This document shows, piece by piece, positions 1 to 13,020 of a stretch of 64,000 nucleotides of DNA. Numbering within the stretch: position 1 is the first letter of the stretch; each line of letters opens with the position of its first letter. Source of the stretch: Thalia democratica (Eukaryota); NCBI GenBank assembly GCA_965202585.1, contig OZ241831.1, forward strand, positions 45,384,001 to 45,448,000. The letters run 5' to 3'. Below the pieces are notes generated by a model. The model had not been told where the DNA came from. It did no database searches and was given only the letters and a program-made list of their open reading frames with translations. Position numbers and translations under genes: made by a program.

Positions 1-638
1 AACCAAAACGTATCAAAATCAATAAACAAAAACTTATACCTTGTGTCGTATTATTAAGTTGTTTCAAATGTTTCTGTGTATTTTTAAATGTAATATACTG
101 TGATAAAAATCTGTTTAAGAAACTTCAGGGTAAGTAAAGGACATGAAAATCAAAGTATTTAAATTGTAATGACATTAAATTTTAGTTATTTACGTTACAT
201 TCTTTTTTACACAATGGTAAACATTTGCATTAAGTTAAGACATTTTATAAGTGTTATATATAAAACTTAATGAATATAAGAACTTTTAAAACTTTGTATT
301 ATTTCACCAGTTGCTTTTGTAAGTGACAGTTCATTATAACAATTTATAACTTCATTACTTTATTTAAACTTTTGAATTTCATTATAAACTGTAATTTTAT
401 ACTTTATACTGTGCTACCTGACTGAGAACAAAAATTGTATTCGTGCTTGAATAGAACTAAACAAAGTGCTTAAAATATTACTATTTTAATTCTTATAGCT
501 AATGTAGTTACGATGTAATCGAAATCATTAACAAGGTTAACCAAAGTAAAATGAGCTTTAGTTTGTTTGAAATAAAACTCCTACAACACAACCTGAATTT
601 TTAAATATTAGCTTATTTTAGTACAAAGTTAAACTTAC

Positions 639-852
639 GTTCTTCAGAGAAATTATTCATACTAAGCATTTCATTTTTACAAATAAGTTTTCTACTGGTA
701 TCCTTGCATAAGCTCACGTAACTGAGATTTCTATTCTTTTTAGAATTTTTTTCGCATTTTTTTACACTTTTGTATTCAATTTTACTTTTTTCTAACTTTC
801 TCTTATTTGACTGGGTGTTTTTCACAGCAATTTTTGTCAAAATTTTATCCAT
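639..852 (-). CDS. Candidate first coding exon of an unknown Lys-rich gene running towards the window start
   Basis: ATG at 852, open to a strong GTAAGT donor at 638; ttttcttag acceptor 20 nt upstream of the ATG; no family recognised and no convincing next exon. Confidence 0.28.
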
Positions 853-2669
853 TATAATAGAAATTTATTCGTCTAAGAAAAACAACTTTCAAAATTTCAA
901 GCAGTTTCTTAAAAAAAAACAAAGTATAGTTTTCAAAACTTTTGAAATTAAATCACATATACAAAAGAGTCCAAAACAAAGTTTAATGTACAACTTTGTT
1001 TTAATAAATATTTTTTATAACTGTGTTTAAATAATTGTTATAAATTGATAAATATATCTAACTTAAACGGAAAATATTATTTTTGGTAGTTTGTACAAAA
1101 AAAATATTTGTCAAGGCGTGTTTCAACTTGATTTAATACCTTATTATACTTAAAAATTTATACTAAAGAATTACTATATAAAACAAGACATTGGAACATA
1201 AGTGACCGGTAAATTACAATATGTTACACAAGACACACAATTTCAAAAACACTAAATAAATATATTTTAAGCAATTCACTTCAGTAGAGTGCAATGCTAA
1301 TAAATAATAAGATTTCACACACTTATATAATAACCAAGTAATCAAGTAATCATAAAGTAATTAAGAGATTAATAAAAGACAAAAGCAGTTAAGAAAAGTT
1401 TAAACCAAATAAGTCCATTTTCGTTATAATTAATCTACAGTAAAACTAAACATAAATAAAATGAAAGCAATTCTTATAAAATGTTACGAAAATAAAAAAA
1501 CAGTATAGTCAAAATCGTTTTGCTTACATCAAACAGGTTTCCTTAACAAAATACAAATGGCTTCTAATTTAATCAACTGAAAATCATTTAATTTTTAAAA
1601 AGATAAACAAAGTATTTTGTTAAAAAGATACTGTATAGCTACTTTAAATTTGTTTTATAACTAAATATTTTTATTGATGACAAATGCATTTTACTTAAAT
1701 CATTGATATTTTTTTATCAAATTTCACTATTTAACATATAAAAATTGTTTAAAATTCCATATTTTCCTGGAATCCAGGTATTTTGGCCACCCTGAGCAAT
1801 TTTTTAGTTAAAAAAAAAGTCTTTACATAAGTTTTACCATTATATTTTTTCTCAATATTATAAAAAGTCTGTCTAGATTTTGTTTTTAAATCAAGCTAAG
1901 AACTCTTCCTGAAATTATTGGATTGTTAGCTTGAATTTTAAAAAGATAAAAAAAAAGTTAGAAATTTTTAAATTCATTGTTTTGTTTCCGAGGCTAGCCA
2001 TTTAATATTGGTAGGCTAGCTAAACATTTAAGAAAAAACTTTATGAAAAAGTTTTTGACCACCCCTTCTTAATAAAGAAAGGTTGTGGATCTCACTTAGG
2101 CTTAGTTTTTTAAATTAAATTTATCTTACGAAATGAATGCCTAACTTGATTATTACTAGTGTTTTTAAATTTTGAATTTTTTTTTCCACAATTTTTTTTA
2201 TCAAAATAGGGCAGATATAAAAATTGCATGTATCTTGTCAGCTACACATTGCTTATTTAACAGTACAAGATATAAAAGAACAAAATTAATTAACCTTTAG
2301 AAAAAATCCAAGGTTGTATGTAAATGAGATGTGTAGCCTTTATCTCCTACAAATACTAAGGTATTTTGAAACAAAAATATAGTGGTATGTAAAAAATATC
2401 AACAATTTTTTATATAAAAACTACCAAAAAAGTTAACACACAAAAACTATAAAATTCGGTTATTTCTAAACATAATGTTTTTTAAGAACTTATTATAACA
2501 TTTGACTTGGATAGATTTTTTTGTATATGTGTTGACCACTGAGTTTTGATCTTGCAACAGTCAATTCAGATATTAAATTCTAAATTCACTTTATTCAGTT
2601 ATTTCACATTAAGAGCACTTTTCAATTGGTAATGTAGAAAAAATTTAATTTTTTTATTCACATAATGCT

Positions 2670-3022
2670 GTAAAAAATTGCCACAAAACCTGGAACTTGA
2701 CAATCTAGACTAAAAACCCTGGAATTTCAGAAACGTTGAAAAAAAAACTAGAAAAACCTGGAGTTTTAAACAACTTTTACATACTTTGTGGTAAAATTTC
2801 AATTTAAGACAAATGTCTATCAAAAAAAAAAAAAATTTTTCATTATCAAAAAAAAAGTTATTACAAAATACATTTGAAGTACTTTAATAGTATTTTTTGA
2901 ATTTTGTTATACTAACTAACACAACTTTTACCTTTTATTTAATTTCAAATTAAAAATAGACCCATGAATAAATACTTTTTTAAACCTGGAGGAAAATTTG
3001 CTAAAAACTAGCGGCAACCTTG
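2670..3022 (-). mobile_element. Copy of the CAGGGTTGC MITE family
   Basis: Reverse complement of 2940-3022 aligns with 11070-11170 (CAAGGTTGCC...GCAAATTT(T)CCTCCA.GTTT). Confidence 0.6.
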
Positions 3023-4146
3023 TACATATAAACTTATTTTCTACAACTAATAAAAACTACAGTACTGACTATAGTAACAAAAAAATCAATGACTTTAAAC
3101 TTATACTGCAGTTTTAAGTCCAAAAAAAGTCATTTTATTAACTTATAATAGTATATTAAAATGAAAATATTGTTAAAATTAGTTCAGGGTTTCCTTTAAC
3201 AAACAGGTTCTTAAAATTTTGAATACTGATAACACAATAATGAATTAAAAACACAAAACTTGCAGAATTGTTCTCAAGTTGTTCATTTCATAATATTAAT
3301 AATTATTTTTTAGTACTACTAAGTAGTTATTTGCCGTTTTGGCCCAAATTTTTTGGCCAATTTATATTTGATTATGAAGCAGCGTCGTTAAAAAATAAGC
3401 TTTCTTAATTCTAGCGCTATTTAAATCAAATACTTTTCGAATTTAAATTGTCTATACTAGTTACAATTAAATACCTAAATAAGTAAAACTTACAAATAAA
3501 AAAAGTTAAAAAATCAAACTGTAGTAGTGCTGCATAGTGCTTAGTAGTGTTTTTAAACGACAATCATTTTAAAGTATCGGATATTTTAGTCGTCTTTTTA
3601 ACTTAAACATTTCAAAACACAATACTTTCTTTGTTATTTGGTTTTTAAGTATATTTTTCACAAAAACTGACATTAGTTAAGTTTAAAAACTAAAACAATA
3701 AATTACTTTTGAACATATTTTTTTGATAGTTTATTCTTATTCGTCAATTTGAAAACTTACCTAAAAACTAACAAATATAAAACTGTAAAGTAGAAATACT
3801 TCATTCATGAATAGCTTAATTTTAGTAAATTTTGTACTAAGAAATAATGAACTACTTGCTTACTCTGTAAAAAACATATAAAGTAAATTATTTTTACTAA
3901 AAACTTTTCAATAGGTTTGTTTAATATTTTATTAGTTAAAAATTTTTTATCCAAATCTTGCTTTTTCTGTTTTGAAAAATTACATGTAATAAAAACCGTA
4001 AGTGTATTAAAAAACTGAAAATGATGTACCGTTTTATATTCAACTTTACTATCCATAAACTTTTGCATATATCAAAACACACTTTGACGGTTAAATGTTG
4101 ATAAAATTTATTTTCATACAGTAGTATATCTATCATATAAAACAAG

Positions 4147-6861
4147 CGGTAGGACTTTTTATGTGTACTATTTTATGGGCACTATTTTATGTGTAGAATT
4201 GCTGCATTCAATTTTTGATGTGATGTCATCAAAATTATGTGTAGTATTTAGATGTTGCTGCAATTAAGTTGCTGCAATTAAATGAAAAACAAATTACTGT
4301 CCAGGCCTTATATAAATATTATGGATAGTTTCTGTAGTTTTAAGTTTATAAACAAACAAATAAAATATAACTCGAATAAACATAAACCAATAGTATGATT
4401 TATTTTTACATTTATTTGAGTTATATTTTTTAAACTGACAGAAGTAGTTGCTAGACTTATAAAAGATTATGGATAGATTTTTTAAAGTAATTTTTAATAA
4501 AGAAAAAAAAAAACTTGAATACACTTAAACAAATTGTTTGATTTATATGTATATTTATGTAATTTATTGTTTTTATACTAACAGAATTAATGGCTAGTCA
4601 TATAATAAGTAATTTTGGTTTTTTTATTTATTTAAGATTTTATAAACAAAATTTATAAATTAAACTTGAACACACATTAACTGTTTGATTTAAATCTAAA
4701 ATTGTTTGATTTATAGTTGTTTATACGTAATTTATAATTAGTAAACTTATAGAGTAGAGGTTCGACCTTATGTGTACTACTTTATGGGCACTATTTTATG
4801 TGTAGAATTGCTTCAATCAATTATGCCCATAATTTGATGTGATTTCATTCAAATTATGGGTAGTATTGAGATGTAGCTGCAATTAAGTTGCTGAAATTAA
4901 ATGAAAAATAAAATACTGTCTAGAACTTATATAAATATTATGGATAGTTTTTGTAGTTTTAAGTTCATAAAAAAACAAATAAAATATAACTTGAATAAAC
5001 ATAAACCAATAGTATGATTTATTTTTACATTTATTTGAGTTATATTTTGTAAACTGACAGAAGTAGTGGCTAGACTTATAAAAGATTATTGGTAGGTTTT
5101 TTTAAGAAATTTTTAATAAAGAAAAAAAAAACTTGAACACACATAAACCAATTGTTTGATTTATAGTTGTATTTTTGTGATTTATATTTAGTAAACTTAT
5201 AAAAGTAGTGGTTTGCTCTTATGTGTACTATTTTATGGGCACTATTTTATGTGTAGAATTGCTTCAATCAATTATATTCAATGGGTAGTATTTAGATGTT
5301 GCTACAACTAAATGAAAAATGAAATACTTTCTAAGCCTTATATAAATATTATGGATAGTTTTTGTAGTTTTAAATTTATAAACAAACAAATTAAAAATAA
5401 CTTGAATACACATAAACCAATAGTTTGATTTATTTGTACATTTATTTAAATTGTATTTTGTAAACTAACAGAAGTAGTGGATAGACTTATTAAAAGATTA
5501 TGGATAGTTTTTTTATGTAATATTAAATAAAAAAAGCTTGAATACACTTAAATCAATTGTTTGATTTAAAAGTAAACAGTATCTTATTTTTACTTAATTG
5601 CAGCAACATCTAAATATTACCCATAATTTAAATGAAACCACATAAGTTAATTGAAGCAATTCTACACATAAAAGAGTGCCCATAAAATAGTACACATAAG
5701 GCCAAACCACTACTTCTATAAGTTTACTAAATGTAAATTACACATTTACAACTATAAATTAAACAATTGGTTTATGATAGTTAAATTTAAATTTTGTTTA
5801 TAAAATCTTAAATAAAGAAATATCCAAAATATTTATAATATGCCAAGACATTACTTCTGGTAGTATAAAAAATATAAATTATATAAATATACTATTAAAT
5901 CAAATAATTGGTTTAACTGTAATCAAGCTTTTTTTTCTTTATTAAATCTTAAAAAAAATTATCCATAATCTTTTGATAAGTCTAGCCACTACTTCTGTTA
6001 GTTTACAAAACACAATTTAAATAATTGTACAACTAAATCAAACTATTGGTTTATGTGTATTCAAGTTTTTTTTTTATTTGTTTGTTTATAAATTTAAAAC
6101 TACAAAAACTATCCATAATATTTATATAAGGTCAGGACTGTATTTTATTTTTATTTAATTACAGCAACATCTAAATACTACCCATAATTTAAATGAAGTC
6201 ATATAAAACTATGGTCAAAATTGATTGAAGCAATTCTACACATAAAATAGTACACATAAGAGCAAACCACTACTTTTATAAGTTTACTAAATATAAATTA
6301 CATATATAAAACTACAAATCAAACAATTGGTTTATGTGTGTGCAATTTTTATTTTTGTTATTTTGTTTATAAAATCTTAAATAAAATTTTCTTTCAAAAT
6401 ATTTATAATATGCCAAGCCATTACTTCTGTTAGTATAAAAAATAAAAGTTACAGAAATATAATTTTATATCAAACAATTGGTTTAAGTGTATTAAAGTAT
6501 TTTTTCTTTATTAAATCTTAAATGAAAAAAATATCCATAATCTTTTAATAAGTCTAGCCTATACTTCTATTAGTTTACAAAATATAATTTAAATAAATGT
6601 ACAAATAAATCATACTATTGGTTTATGTGTGTTCAAGTTATTTTTTATTTAATTGTTTATAAATTTAAAACTTCAAAAACTATCTATAATATTTATATAA
6701 GGCCTGGACAGTAATTTATTTTTCATTTAATTGCAGCAACTTAATTACAGCAACATCTAAATACTACACATAATTTTGATGACATCACATCAAAAATTGA
6801 ATGCAGCAATTCTACACATAAAATAGTGCCCATAAAATAGTACACATAAAAAGACCTACCC
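4147..6861. mobile_element. Foldback-type (Mutator/MULE-like) non-autonomous DNA transposon, 2715 bp, arms made of tandem ~450-610 bp units
   Basis: The whole region is an inverted repeat centred near 5580. Termini (C/G)GGTAGG...CCTACCC. Perfect 9-bp TSD TAAAACAAG at 4138-4146 and 6862-6870. Unit marker TTATGTGTACTATTTTATGGGCAC at 4159, 4768, 5219, with inverted unit ends at 5699, 6259, 6849. No ORF. Confidence 0.88.
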
Positions 6862-7699
6862 TAAAACAAGGTTTTATGTAAAAGTTATGTTATAACTGTA
6901 TTTGTATTGAATTTTCTACGTCACAGTTTGTCATGAACAAGTTCATAATAAAAAATTCATGTGTTTGACATATTTAAATAAAATAAATTGTACATGAAAT
7001 CAATAAAGAAGTTATTGCGTTTGTTAAAATCTAAAAAAATACATTGAGATTATTGTTGCACCTTTCTTTATATCCTTACTACTGAGTTCAACATGCAAAG
7101 ATGCTCAGCAGATAATTGTTTGTTTTAATATAATATAGCTATCATTTGTGTAAACAAAAAATATACAACAATTGTTGCAGAAATACTAATTTCACTGCTT
7201 ACGATCAGTCATTCAAAAATGTACAGAATTGTCGAAACTTTTATAACACGAAGTTGCTAGAGTTTAACTAATTAAAATTACAATAAGGTAGCTTTTAACC
7301 TAAATTGCAGTAAAATTGTATTATGTTTAGTTTAGTATTTTAAAAAACTAAATACATTAAATATATTCATATAAATGCTCTATTTCATTAATTTCTTAAA
7401 GGTTTCAAAATTAAAATTTACTAATCAAGACAACAAAACCAAAGCAAGAGTAGTGTTTATTATTAATAAAATTAGCTAACTAATACAATATCACAAGTTT
7501 ATATGATTTTAAGTACACATCTTCTTAAAATTTCTGGAATCAGATCATCAGTGTTTAATTCACTAAAACTCAGGTCTGATGTCAGCCGAAATCAAGTAAA
7601 CATTGTGCAAAGAAGAAAAAAATTGACAGTTATGCAATAGATAAAAACTAACAAACAATAAAAATTTATATATATATACAAAAAAAAACCTATGCTTTT

Positions 7700-7892
7700 C
7701 ATTTTTTCGTGTTCTCGGTTTCTCTAAGTGTTCTTTTGTTCTTTTGCACTTTCTTACAGTCTTTTGTGTACAGTAACTCGCCATTTTTCCCGGTCATTGG
7801 CAAGGAACTTTCTGTTATCAGGTTCTTTTATTAAAGCTAATTAGGTCACGCTTGCATACGTCCTTAAAACGTAGTTCTTGACGACCTCGGTT
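7700..7892 (-). mobile_element. 3' remnant of an RTE-like LINE reverse transcriptase ORF
   Basis: NRGRQELRFKDVCKRDLISFN, then after a frameshift DNRKFLANDREKWRVTVHKRL*, matching the GRP..R.KD..K.DL...A.DR..WR C-terminal motif of RTE-type LINEs. Confidence 0.72.
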
Positions 7893-9054
7893 GAATTAAA
7901 AAATAAAAAAAGTAAATAAAATTTACGTTCATTACCAAGTAATAAGTTTTAAACAGTGTTTGATATTATAGTTTATTCTTTATTTGACTAATACATAACG
8001 ATTTTCTGTATTTATTTTTTGTTAAAAAATAAATTGTTTGATAAACACCTGAAAAAAAAATCTATTAACATAATTTATCTTAGTTAACACAATAGTATCA
8101 TTCGTTTGCAAATAACTATAAAAAAGATTCTTAGTTGTAATTTGATATATAATTTTTATTATTTGTTTTACTTATTGCATAACTGTAATTGTTCATTTTC
8201 TTATATGCACATTGCATAGCTGATTTCGACTGACAGTAGACCTATCATTATTACAATTTTTTTCTAATCTTTATTACTGTTGTTTATTTTCAACTTTAGC
8301 GGTATAAACTTTTTTTACAAAGATTTAACTGAATATTTAGATTAATTTTACAGGTACAACATATTATTGTGCTTTAGAACATTTGTTCGTCTTTTTGTTT
8401 AAGTTTCATATGAGCATTTAATTTACACACAAATGTTTTTACATTTTTATTTTTACCTTGTTTGAATATAAACAAAAAAAAAACACTCTGTGCTTTAGTT
8501 ATAATTCATTCTAGTAGCCATATACATCATAACTTAAATTTTGTCAACGGCTTTTTGTAGTTTTTGCTTTGTAATAATTTTCTTTAATGTGTCTTTTCAT
8601 TAGCTATTTAGACAATTTTATCTTTTAAACTATACTTTATCTTTTAAAAACTTAAAAAAAAATTATTTATTTACTTTGTTGTTAGTGTTTAAGTTTAACT
8701 CAAAGCTAATGTAAGTATAGCCTAGCTAAAACTATGTAGTCTAACTTTTTTTTTACCGAAAGTTGAATAGCAAGCATATAGCTGCTAGATTTTAATCGTC
8801 TAAAACCCACACGTATTTCACATAAATGTATATATATATATATATGTTTTGATTTTAAGAAAACAAATAAAGAGATCTTAACTACTAGAGAAAAAATAAT
8901 GAAATTATTCTTTCAAGAATTTATTTTACTAACTAAGTTTCGGTCAAAGACCTCGTCAGTGCTTAAATAAGTCTAAAAAGATATGTAACAGTCATGGAAA
9001 ATATCATTTAAACAACTATATTTAAGAAAAAAAAATACTCAAAATTGTTACTTC

Positions 9055-9340
9055 AAAACTAAACAAATCAGAATTTAATAACAGGATTGATTTTATGGTA
9101 AAGTTTAAATTTTAGTTAAGTTTAAAATCAATATAACAACAATAATAATAGTAAAAGCTGTATGTAGATCTTTTTTTTCTAGTTAATTTTCAAAGTTAGA
9201 AATAGAAGAAAAAAGAAAGCTAGATACAGATTTTTATACTTTTTTATTATTATTTGTGTTGTTTTTTGACTTTAAAACTTAACTTAAATTTAAACTTTAC
9301 CAAGATTTCAATCTTAATATTAAAATTCAACTTGTTTTGT
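9055..9340. repeat. Degenerate inverted repeat (~95-bp arms, ~90-bp spacer), probably an old MITE
   Basis: GGTAAAGTTTAAATTTTAGTTAAGTTT (~9097) pairs with AAACTTAACTTAAATTTAAACTTTACC (~9276). Confidence 0.55.
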
Positions 9341-9383
9341 TTTAATGTATAAATTTGTTTTTAACTAAAAGTTTTATATAAAG

Positions 9384-9515
9384 TAGTGATCTACCGAGTC
9401 TAAAAATTCGGATTTTGCGAAATCTGAGTCTTATTTTCAAATTAGGATTCGGCCGAATCCGAATCTCAATTTTGAAATTTGGATTCGGCCGAATCTGAGT
9501 CCGAGTCCAAATATT
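9384..9515 (+). mobile_element. hAT-type terminus (TAGTGATCTACCGAGTC) with GGATTCGGCCGAATCC subterminal repeats
   Basis: Terminus resembles the TAGTGATGTACCGG TIR at 58976; related copy at 12622. Confidence 0.65.
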
Positions 9516-9569
9516 TCAATATTTTTTTATAAACCTTAATTGCTTTTGAATCCATAGTGTCCCAGAGTT

Positions 9570-9851
9570 TCATAGACTTATAATCACCAAGGCTAGTTTG
9601 CTTGATAGCTTCAAGCTTTCTGTTCTTCGTAGGTTCGGGTGCAGTACAACTTCTATCTTTGTCAAAAGACTAACTTTGCCCCATTTTGTAACTCTCGCTG
9701 TGTTGGTTTTCAAGTACTAGTGCATGGAAGAGGTAGTATAGGACTTATATTTGCTACTTCCTCTTTTTATCTTATCTCCGAAGATATTGAATACTGCGAT
9801 GAAGTTATCTTCTTCATTTATAGTAAAATATTGCCAGACTATTGAAGACAT
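9570..9851 (-). pseudogene. Decayed BED zinc-finger N-terminus of a hAT-like transposase
   Basis: MSSIVWQYFTINEEDNFIAVFNIFGDKIKRGSSKYKSYTTSSMH*YLKTN: BED pattern (VWxYF...CxxC...TSxLxxHL) with both Cys codons changed to TTC and a TAG at 9719-9717; adjacent to a hAT-type end. Confidence 0.72.
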
Positions 9852-10558
9852 TATTAATCTTAAAAAATAAAAATAACTGTAGAATAATAGTATGATATTG
9901 TTATAAAATTAAAATGCACTAAATTTTAATTCTAAATAGCAATTTAATTTCTATGTTGTGTAAACTATACTTTGATAAAGCTGTTAATATAGGTTGTAAT
10001 TGTAATAGTTTTGTTCTTAAACTATGTTTTCTTTTAAATAAAACATTTTGTGGATACATAAAAAATTGTAGTTTAAATTACTGTGCAAAACTTGATACTA
10101 CAAAATACAAACTAGTATATCTTTAAATAATTATTAAGCTTATGTTATTTAAAATCTCAAGCTTTATTTATACTGACCCAGCGAGTCAAACTTATTTCAT
10201 GAAATTGACAATTAATTACATTATATTTTAGCATTTTTATGTATTTACAATCCTAACAGAATAAAAATAACAATAATTAAGTATAAGCATAATAATATAG
10301 AGCTAAAAATTTGCGAAAATCTGCTTTAATATAACTTATTTTTTTCATATTTTAACGAATAAGTTTATTTATTTATCTTGGCATAAACCCTTGACATTGA
10401 GTAAAAAACTTTAAATATAAATTAAACATTTCTAAAATAATTCTAGTAAAATAAAAACTATAAAATGGAAAAATTAACAAAATAAGCTTTATTAAATATT
10501 GAGAATATATAAAAAATATATTTATCATAAACAAACTACCAACAACATTTACATTATT

Positions 10559-10902
10559 AAGGGTTGTCACTCTTTACGTCAAAAGATTTGCCCTGAGTGA
10601 CCTTGAACTGTCCTTAGTCACCTCGAGATTTTTTAAATGCTTACAAAAAAATAAAATCTTTTAGACATCAATAAAAATCAAGTTTTTGAAAAACTGGTTA
10701 TAAAACAAAGTATTTAAACTAATTCAAGAAAATATTATTCAATACATATGAATACTTGACTAAAATTTTAAAAGTCTTAAAACTATCCTGATGTATTTAT
10801 TAAAAATTAAAACTATCCTGAGTTTACCAGAACCTCCAAGAGATTTTTTAAACTTTAAGAATGCCCTTTTTCCCTTAGTACCCTAAGTCTTTGGCAACCC
10901 TT
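10559..10902. mobile_element. MITE with AAGGGTTG termini
   Basis: AAGGGTTGTCA ... TGGCAACCCTT inverted ends; no TSD seen. Confidence 0.5.
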
Positions 10903-11069
10903 GATTGCTATAATTAATAAAAGATAACAAACAAATTATTTTAAAATGTATGGTCTTTGTAAACTCTACTTCTGCACTAAAAACAGTAAAAAATTAGCCA
11001 AATCATTTGTTTAAGGCTGTTATCTTCAAAGATTTATAACAAATAAAGGTCTCCACTTGTTGCTAAAGA

Positions 11070-11471
11070 CAGGGTTGCTAAATATTTTTGGCAAATTTCC
11101 TCCATGTTTTCAAAAGTACGTCCAGGTTTTCGAAAGTACACATTTTTGTGTCTATTTTTAGTTTAAAGTTTATTTTGAGGTTAAAAACTGTGTTAAATTT
11201 TATGCAAGCTATCAAAAGATATTGTAAAGCTCCTTTAAAACTGTTGTTTTTTTAGTTGTGATGAAGCTAAAATAAATGTCTGTATGATAGATTTCATTGT
11301 GTCAAATTAAAATTATATTACTTAACATCTAAAAATTGTTAAAATTCCAGGTTTTTTAGTGATTTTTGTTCAAAATTCCTGTTTTTTTTATAATTTCACA
11401 AGTTCAAGATTTTTTTAGATTTTTAGTCTAAATTGCCAAATTTCAGTATTTCAGGTTTTTTGGCAACCCTG
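11070..11471. mobile_element. MITE with CAGGGTTGC termini (hAT-like)
   Basis: TIR CAGGGTTGC / GCAACCCTG, flanked by a direct TAAAGA repeat (11064-11069, 11472-11477); related copies at ~2670-3022 (inverted) and ~1630-1793. Confidence 0.7.
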
Positions 11472-12621
11472 TAAAGAAAATGATATAACTTTAAATATTT
11501 TAACGTTTTTGTTTTCACTTTAAAATATTTCACTCCAAAAAATGGAACATCAAATAAAGGATAATTCATTAATAATTTGTGAGCGATGGACATTGTTAAT
11601 CCAATATTTAAAGTCCCAGTTGGGTCTTGTTGACTGTCTGTGGGAAGATTGTCAACCTGACTTTTTTGCCCATATTTTTCGTGTAGATAGGGTGCCTTCC
11701 TAGCACGTTTATGCTTAGGATCCTCTGCGGGCAGTTTGGTATTTGTATTATTTTAATTAGACGTAATTAAAATAAAGTGATTTTATACTTACTTAATATA
11801 GTTTTTCAGTGAATTTTATCTATCAATACTAAAGACTATTTTAGACTACTTTATATAAATTAGGCAATATAGTATAGGTTAAGTATCTATTATACAAAAG
11901 ATCACGCAACAATTTTATAAAACTTCATACTCTAAAAATATGAGCTGCTTTTAAAACTTTTATAAATCACTAGGCAAATGTTTTTTAATAAAAATCATTA
12001 ATTTTAAGCCTTATTTCTTATAACTGCAGCAAGCTGTAAATATTCTCTTAATATTTAGAGTATAACAATGAATAATAAAAGCAGTTGCAGCAGTTCATTG
12101 CAAATTAATTAAGATTTTATTGTTAACGGATTTTTTTACTTTTAGAACATAGTTTAAAAAAAATATGAAAATGTTTGAAGTTATAACACATGTATTATAA
12201 ATTTAAGTTATCCGTTAAAAAAATAAAATAATAATAACAAAAGATATATAGATAAAAGTGTTCAAGCATCTGCTTTAATGTTATTTATATTGCACTTTTT
12301 TCTTTGTTTAAATAATGCAGCAGTTCATAACAAAGAGCAAACATAAAAAAACTAAACATGTGATGAATAAATAAGAGCGTTTATCCAAAAACTGAGATTA
12401 AACGCCTTAACTGTTTACTTAATTTTATTTGAGAATCTAACAAAAATGATATATCATAGTTTTTAAACTGTTGGCAAAACTCTAAATCAAAATTAATAAT
12501 GCTTTTATAAGCAAGAAAGACCATTTTTATCCACTCAAGCGTGAAATCATTAACTAGTTTTACATTTAAGTTAAAGTTGAAAATTAATTTTCAAACAATT
12601 AAGTAAAATTCAAAAAGCTTA

Positions 12622-13020
12622 AAGTGGTTTACCGAGTCAAAAATTTCGGATTCGGCCGATTCCGAATCCAAATCTTATTTTGAAATTAGAATTCGGCCGA
12701 ATCCGAATCCAAGTCTTAATTTAAAATTTAGAGTTCGACCGAATCCGAATCCAAGTCTTAATTTAAAATTTAGAGTTCGACCGAATCCGAGTCGGAATAT
12801 TATTATTGTTGATATATTGTTTTTAATTTCATTAGCTAAATGTTTTTTTTCCATGAATGTCACATAACATTTTAGAATTATTTTAAGCATTGACGAGGTC
12901 TTTGACCGAAACTTATTTTGTAAAATAAATTTTTGAAAAAATAAATTTATTAATTCTCCTCTAGTAGTTGAGTTGAGACCTCTTTATTTGTTTTCTTAAA
13001 AACAAAATATATAATATATA
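12622..13020 (+). mobile_element. hAT-type end with GATTCGGCCGAATCCGAATCC repeats; its distal part is an inverted copy of ~8845-9010
   Basis: AAGTGGTTTACCGAGTC terminus like 9384; GACGAGGTCTTTGACCGAAACTTA (~12893) is the reverse complement of the sequence at ~8934-8957. Confidence 0.62.
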
